Assembly (NCBI GenBank): GCA_965153355.1
Contig: OZ231126.1
Location: 47,740,001-47,804,000 of the forward strand
DNA: 64,000 nt
Direction of reading: 5' to 3'
DNA from: Flaccisagitta enflata
Taxonomy: Eukaryota
The translations under genes and the position numbers were made by a program. Positions 60,477-64,000 of the stretch are shown here, one piece after another. A model generated the notes under the pieces. It was given only the letters and a program-made list of their open reading frames with translations, made no database searches and was not told where the DNA came from. How positions within the stretch are numbered: position 1 is the first letter of the stretch; each line of letters begins with the position of its first letter.

Positions 60477-60748
60477 TTCCAATTTCAAATGTGACTCTCA
60501 AATCTGATTCCATGATATGAAATGATATCACAAGTGTTCTACAATTTGTTGCTAGTAAAATGGACGTTGTCATTCTTTAATTCGCCTTTCCATGTAATTG
60601 AGTTTCTAAACATAACTATAACAGTCCGTCGAAATCCGTTTTAGAATCCAAATTTTTGCAATTAGCCGTTGTAAAATCCGTAGTAAGAATCCGTTTCTTT
60701 GCTTTGATATGCCGCGGTTCCGTCGTGATTTTCTGCTGAAGCTGACGT

Positions 60749-63274
60749 CTACCACAAGGCCGATTCGAGGACGTGGACCTTCTTTTTCAATTCGTCCACA
60801 TCGTCTTCCAACTGAATAATGCGCAATTCCTGATTCTCCAGCGCACGTATTCTTGACTTTAGAAGCACCAACTGTTGAGAGGAAGGGAAAAGAAAAGAAA
60901 GGGAATTATTACCACACCTAGATATAAGCAATGACTTATATAAACTGTGAAAGATAATAATCCAATCAATGTATTCTCAGGGAGCGATTCTAATCACAAA
61001 CGATTGCGTTTTGAACAGGCCTTTCGGTCGCTCACTACATTCATTCGCTCACACCGCTCACTCCGCTCATTCGCTTGCACCGCTCACTCTGCTCATTTGC
61101 TTGCACCGCTCACTCTGCTCATCTGCTCTGCAGTGCTTTGCTTCACTCCGCTCGCTCTACTCGCTCGCTCCGCTCATTCGCTCTGCTCATGGGCTCGCTC
61201 GCTCACTTTCCTCACTCCCTCGTGGGACAGTTGATATTCTTCAAATATGTGTTTACGCTGTGATCGCGTTTTTGGTAGGCAACGTGTTTTATCTCAATTA
61301 GAAACACGCCCTTAAGAGAGGCTCAATTACTGCCATTTTAGTTTGGCATTTTATCATCAATAATCGCGCTTAATAAATGATCCCAACCATGATAGTAGAA
61401 TAATAATTCATACCCCTAGAATTACACTCTAGCTAGTCATGAACTATCCCCCGCCTCTAGGGTTACTGATAGTTTAATCTTTCTACTGGGCGCGAGACTC
61501 TCCCGGATCTCAGCAGTTTCCCATCCTTGGAATCATTTTTGCCAACTTGGCCTGGACCATCAATATTTCTATCTTCATTTTGGTCCTTATTTTCGTCATT
61601 TTCGTCATTTTCGGCATTTTCTTCCTGAATGTTTTCTTCACTGGAATCATTTTCGTCTAGATTTCCTTCCTCTAGCTTTGTATCAATATTTTCTATATTA
61701 CTTTTATCGATTTTTATGTCTCGGACATTTATCTTAGAGTATCTTTTTGTTCTATTATTTAACACTAAATAAGAGCCAGCTGAAATCTTTTTGACAATTT
61801 CAAAGTCATCAAGAAAGTTTTTGTCAAACTTAGAAGCTTTCCGAAAATTTCTTACAAGTATTTTCATTCCAGCAACTAGTTCATTATTCCTTTCAAATCG
61901 TTTATTTCCACTAAGATTATAAGATTTCCTGAATGCCTCATAGGCATTTATAGGCATGTTGCCTATAGCTTTTCTTAGCTCTTCTAAGTAAGACGTTTGG
62001 GTATCAGTCTCAACCTCTTTAAGATTTAAGAATAAATCTAAAGGTATTTTAGGCTTTTGACCTAAAAAGACAAATTGTGGTGCATACCCAGTTGTCTGAA
62101 GCACACTTATATTATAGAAGAAACAGGCCATTGCTAGGGTTACTTCATCCCATTCACTGCCATTGTCTGCGGCCATTTTGTAAATTACTCCTTTTAAGTT
62201 TTTGTTGAATCTTTCACTTAAGTTGGAAGTTGGATGATAGGAAGATATGAAGTGCAGTTTAATTGAATTTATTTTGCAAAATTCTCGTAATGCTGGTGAG
62301 TCTAACCCATTATCAGTAACTAAGGACTGGCAAAAGCCAAATCTTAAAATATACATTTTTTTAAAAGCTTCAACTATAGTAGCTCCTCTTAGGTCTGGGA
62401 TAGCCTGAGCTAGTCCATATCTAGACCAACACTCAATGCCCGTGAGGACAAAAGAGTAGCCTTCTATTGATTCATTACTTAAACGCCCAATAGTATCAAT
62501 AAATACTTTTTCATTTGGCTTGGAGGCTGTAATTTGTAAAGGAGGAACATTTCCTGTCCCACGTTGGTCAAACTGTTGACAGATTTTACATCTACTAACT
62601 AGTAATTGAAGCTGATTTAGTAAATCAAATACATAATATTTTTCCATTATATTTCTTGCGGTTTTTTCTGCACTGTAGTGACCCATATTGTCATGATAAT
62701 GATGATATAGGTCTGGTATCATATCTGGAGGTAATACTATTACTAGTCTATCATCGATTTTCCTCTTTAAGATCTTATCATCTATTTGAAATTTATTTTT
62801 ATATTTTACATAACTTTTCAACTCAGGCTCTATTATTTGATTAAACTTCGGAAATTCTCCTTTCTTCAAATATGAAAAGAACTTTTTTATGATTTCAGAT
62901 CCTTTTTGAATGGCTGGTATGTCTGTCTGGTCTGTAATTAAATTAATAGCTACCTCTGATCCCGTCGCAAATGTGCTCATCATTGGAAGCCATGAGCGAC
63001 TTGGGTCGACGTCATCTTGTCCATACTGCGCCAGTGCTTCTGACGCCGATAAATCCGGATGTGCTGCTGCTGCTGCTGCTGGTGATGGTAGTGCCGCTGC
63101 TGCGGCTGATGTCGATGCAGCAGAGTGATTTCCTCCAATCCACGGAGCAACGACTGCAGTCGCCGTTGGTGCCATCAAGGTGGCGTTTTTCATCGTCTTC
63201 ATTTTGGGAGCTCTTTTTGTCCACGTGGTCTTTTTCGCCCGCCACCACTCTTTTCTTTTTTCGTTCGCGGTCAT
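60749..63274 (-). CDS. Predicted 2-exon accessory ORF (63274-62954 + 60871-60749), 147 aa, basic/Ala-rich N-part plus C-terminal coiled coil
   Basis: Acceptor ttcttccaatttcag|GCAAAATG at 63280, donor GAG|gtagct at 62953, acceptor cttttcttttcccttcctctcaacag| at 60872; the join is phase 0 to phase 0. Confidence 0.5.
60980..61311. mobile_element. PIF/Harbinger-like MITE with a (GCTC)-rich interior
   Basis: TCA|GGGAGCGATTCTAAT...ATTAGAAACACGCCC|TTA; a related fragment lies at about 29630-29720. Confidence 0.6.
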
Positions 63275-64000
63275 TTTGCCTGAAATTGGAAGAATGGTGG
63301 ATAAGTCAGTATTTTCCCCCTTTTTAAGAGTAGGTTCTTCCGAAACTACATTGCACAGTGGGGAGATTTCTTCTGCTTCTGTAGGCAAAATGCGTTTTCT
63401 AATATTTTCCCATGTTTCAGCTGAATGGCGTGATAAACTGTCAACTGGTTTCATATAATTAGAGCTGCCTTTTTTATATATCACAGTAGTATTTTCTTTG
63501 TCTAAGACTGAATCTAAAAACTCAATGAGCCTATGCTGCCTTAGATACTTGCCACTAAAACCTAATTTTAAAGACGTTAATGCCTGGCAATCAATTCTAA
63601 TTATTACCTTTGTAAACCTAAGATAGTAATAAAATTTGCGAATTGCATAGTACAAACCTAATAACTCTCTCTCTGAGCTTCCTGCCTTCCGTTCTGTCTC
63701 ATTGAAAGCTCTACTTCCAAATGCAATTGGTACTTCTAGCCTTTTTATCTTTTTACTAGGTAATTCTATATCTTTTATTTGTGATAGGGAGTAGCCTACG
63801 CCCTCACCAGAAGAATCACAGGTCACTATCATTTCAGTATCATAAGTTGGGTGAGCTAATTGGGTAGCATTAACTATTTGACCTCTGACCTTATCAAAGG
63901 CCTTTGTATGTTCTTCTGTCCAGTAACTTTCAATTCTTTCGGGAAATTCTTTTTTAAGTAGATTATACAAGCATTTTACTGTTAAGCCGTATCCTTCACA
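61463..64000 (-). CDS. pol: Gypsy pol, C-terminal part: RT connection, RNase H, insert, integrase (open to the window edge)
   Basis: RNase H motifs VTCDSS, ERELL, RIDCQAL and VDSLSR; integrase H-x4-H...C-x2-C (HDNMGH, CKIC) and DDE (FIDTIG, VTDNG, SERFN); typical RSGRVSRP C-terminus; no internal stops. Confidence 0.96.
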   Translation of the reverse strand, partial: CEGYGLTVKCLYNLLKKEFPERIESYWTEEHTKAFDKVRGQIVNATQLAHPTYDTEMIVTCDSSGEGVGYSLSQIKDIELPSKKIKRLEVPIAFGSRAFNETERKAGSSERELLGLYYAIRKFYYYLRFTKVIIRIDCQALTSLKLGFSGKYLRQHRLIEFLDSVLDKENTTVIYKKGSSNYMKPVDSLSRHSAETWENIRKRILPTEAEEISPLCNVVSEEPTLKKGENTDLSTILPISGKMTANEKRKEWWRAKKTTWTKRAPKMKTMKNATLMAPTATAVVAPWIGGNHSAASTSAAAAALPSPAAAAAAHPDLSASEALAQYGQDDVDPSRSWLPMMSTFATGSEVAINLITDQTDIPAIQKGSEIIKKFFSYLKKGEFPKFNQIIEPELKSYVKYKNKFQIDDKILKRKIDDRLVIVLPPDMIPDLYHHYHDNMGHYSAEKTARNIMEKYYVFDLLNQLQLLVSRCKICQQFDQRGTGNVPPLQITASKPNEKVFIDTIGRLSNESIEGYSFVLTGIECWSRYGLAQAIPDLRGATIVEAFKKMYILRFGFCQSLVTDNGLDSPALREFCKINSIKLHFISSYHPTSNLSERFNKNLKGVIYKMAADNGSEWDEVTLAMACFFYNISVLQTTGYAPQFVFLGQKPKIPLDLFLNLKEVETDTQTSYLEELRKAIGNMPINAYEAFRKSYNLSGNKRFERNNELVAGMKILVRNFRKASKFDKNFLDDFEIVKKISAGSYLVLNNRTKRYSKINVRDIKIDKSNIENIDTKLEEGNLDENDSSEENIQEENAENDENDENKDQNEDRNIDGPGQVGKNDSKDGKLLRSGRVSRPVERLNYQ

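Larger units (their letters stand above)
57988..64000 (-). mobile_element. Ty3/Gypsy LTR retrotransposon, 3' half (runs off the window edge)
   Basis: Domain order is RT connection, RNase H, integrase. The left boundary is inferred from the candidate 3' LTR and is less certain than the pol call. Confidence 0.75.

Noticed and set aside
63012-63248. Alternative-frame Cys-containing ORF inside the pol insert
   Set aside because: It stops before the donor site and has only a GTG start; the pol frame fits both splice sites better.

Overview
Repeat-dense metazoan (invertebrate-like) genomic DNA; there is no prokaryotic content or CRISPR. Host genes: the last exon of a KCTD1/15-type gene (+, 3062-3211), a complete three-exon mitochondrial ATP synthase subunit c gene (-, 3971-5076), and a possible kinase-like terminal exon just upstream of it. 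Most of the window is nested transposons. (1) A 14.8-kb Foldback-type element (5774-20609, perfect 9-bp TSD) has two arms that are inverted arrays of a 136-bp satellite. It sits inside a CAC-ended Transib-like element and hosts hAT elements and Helentron-type HINEs, six levels deep. (2) Many MITEs and HINEs, including a 610-bp palindrome with perfect RSS-heptamer ends. (3) A 5'-truncated CR1-type LINE with an intact ORF2. (4) The 3' half of a Ty3/Gypsy LTR retrotransposon, the most unusual object here. A GC-rich in-frame insert between RNase H and integrase is bounded by a splice acceptor and a donor, and it splices in frame over the integrase to a downstream coiled-coil exon. The long 3' region also carries a predicted antisense four-exon gene for a mucin-like single-pass membrane protein and a tRNA-Leu relic. 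All splice models are predictions read by eye and need RNA evidence.
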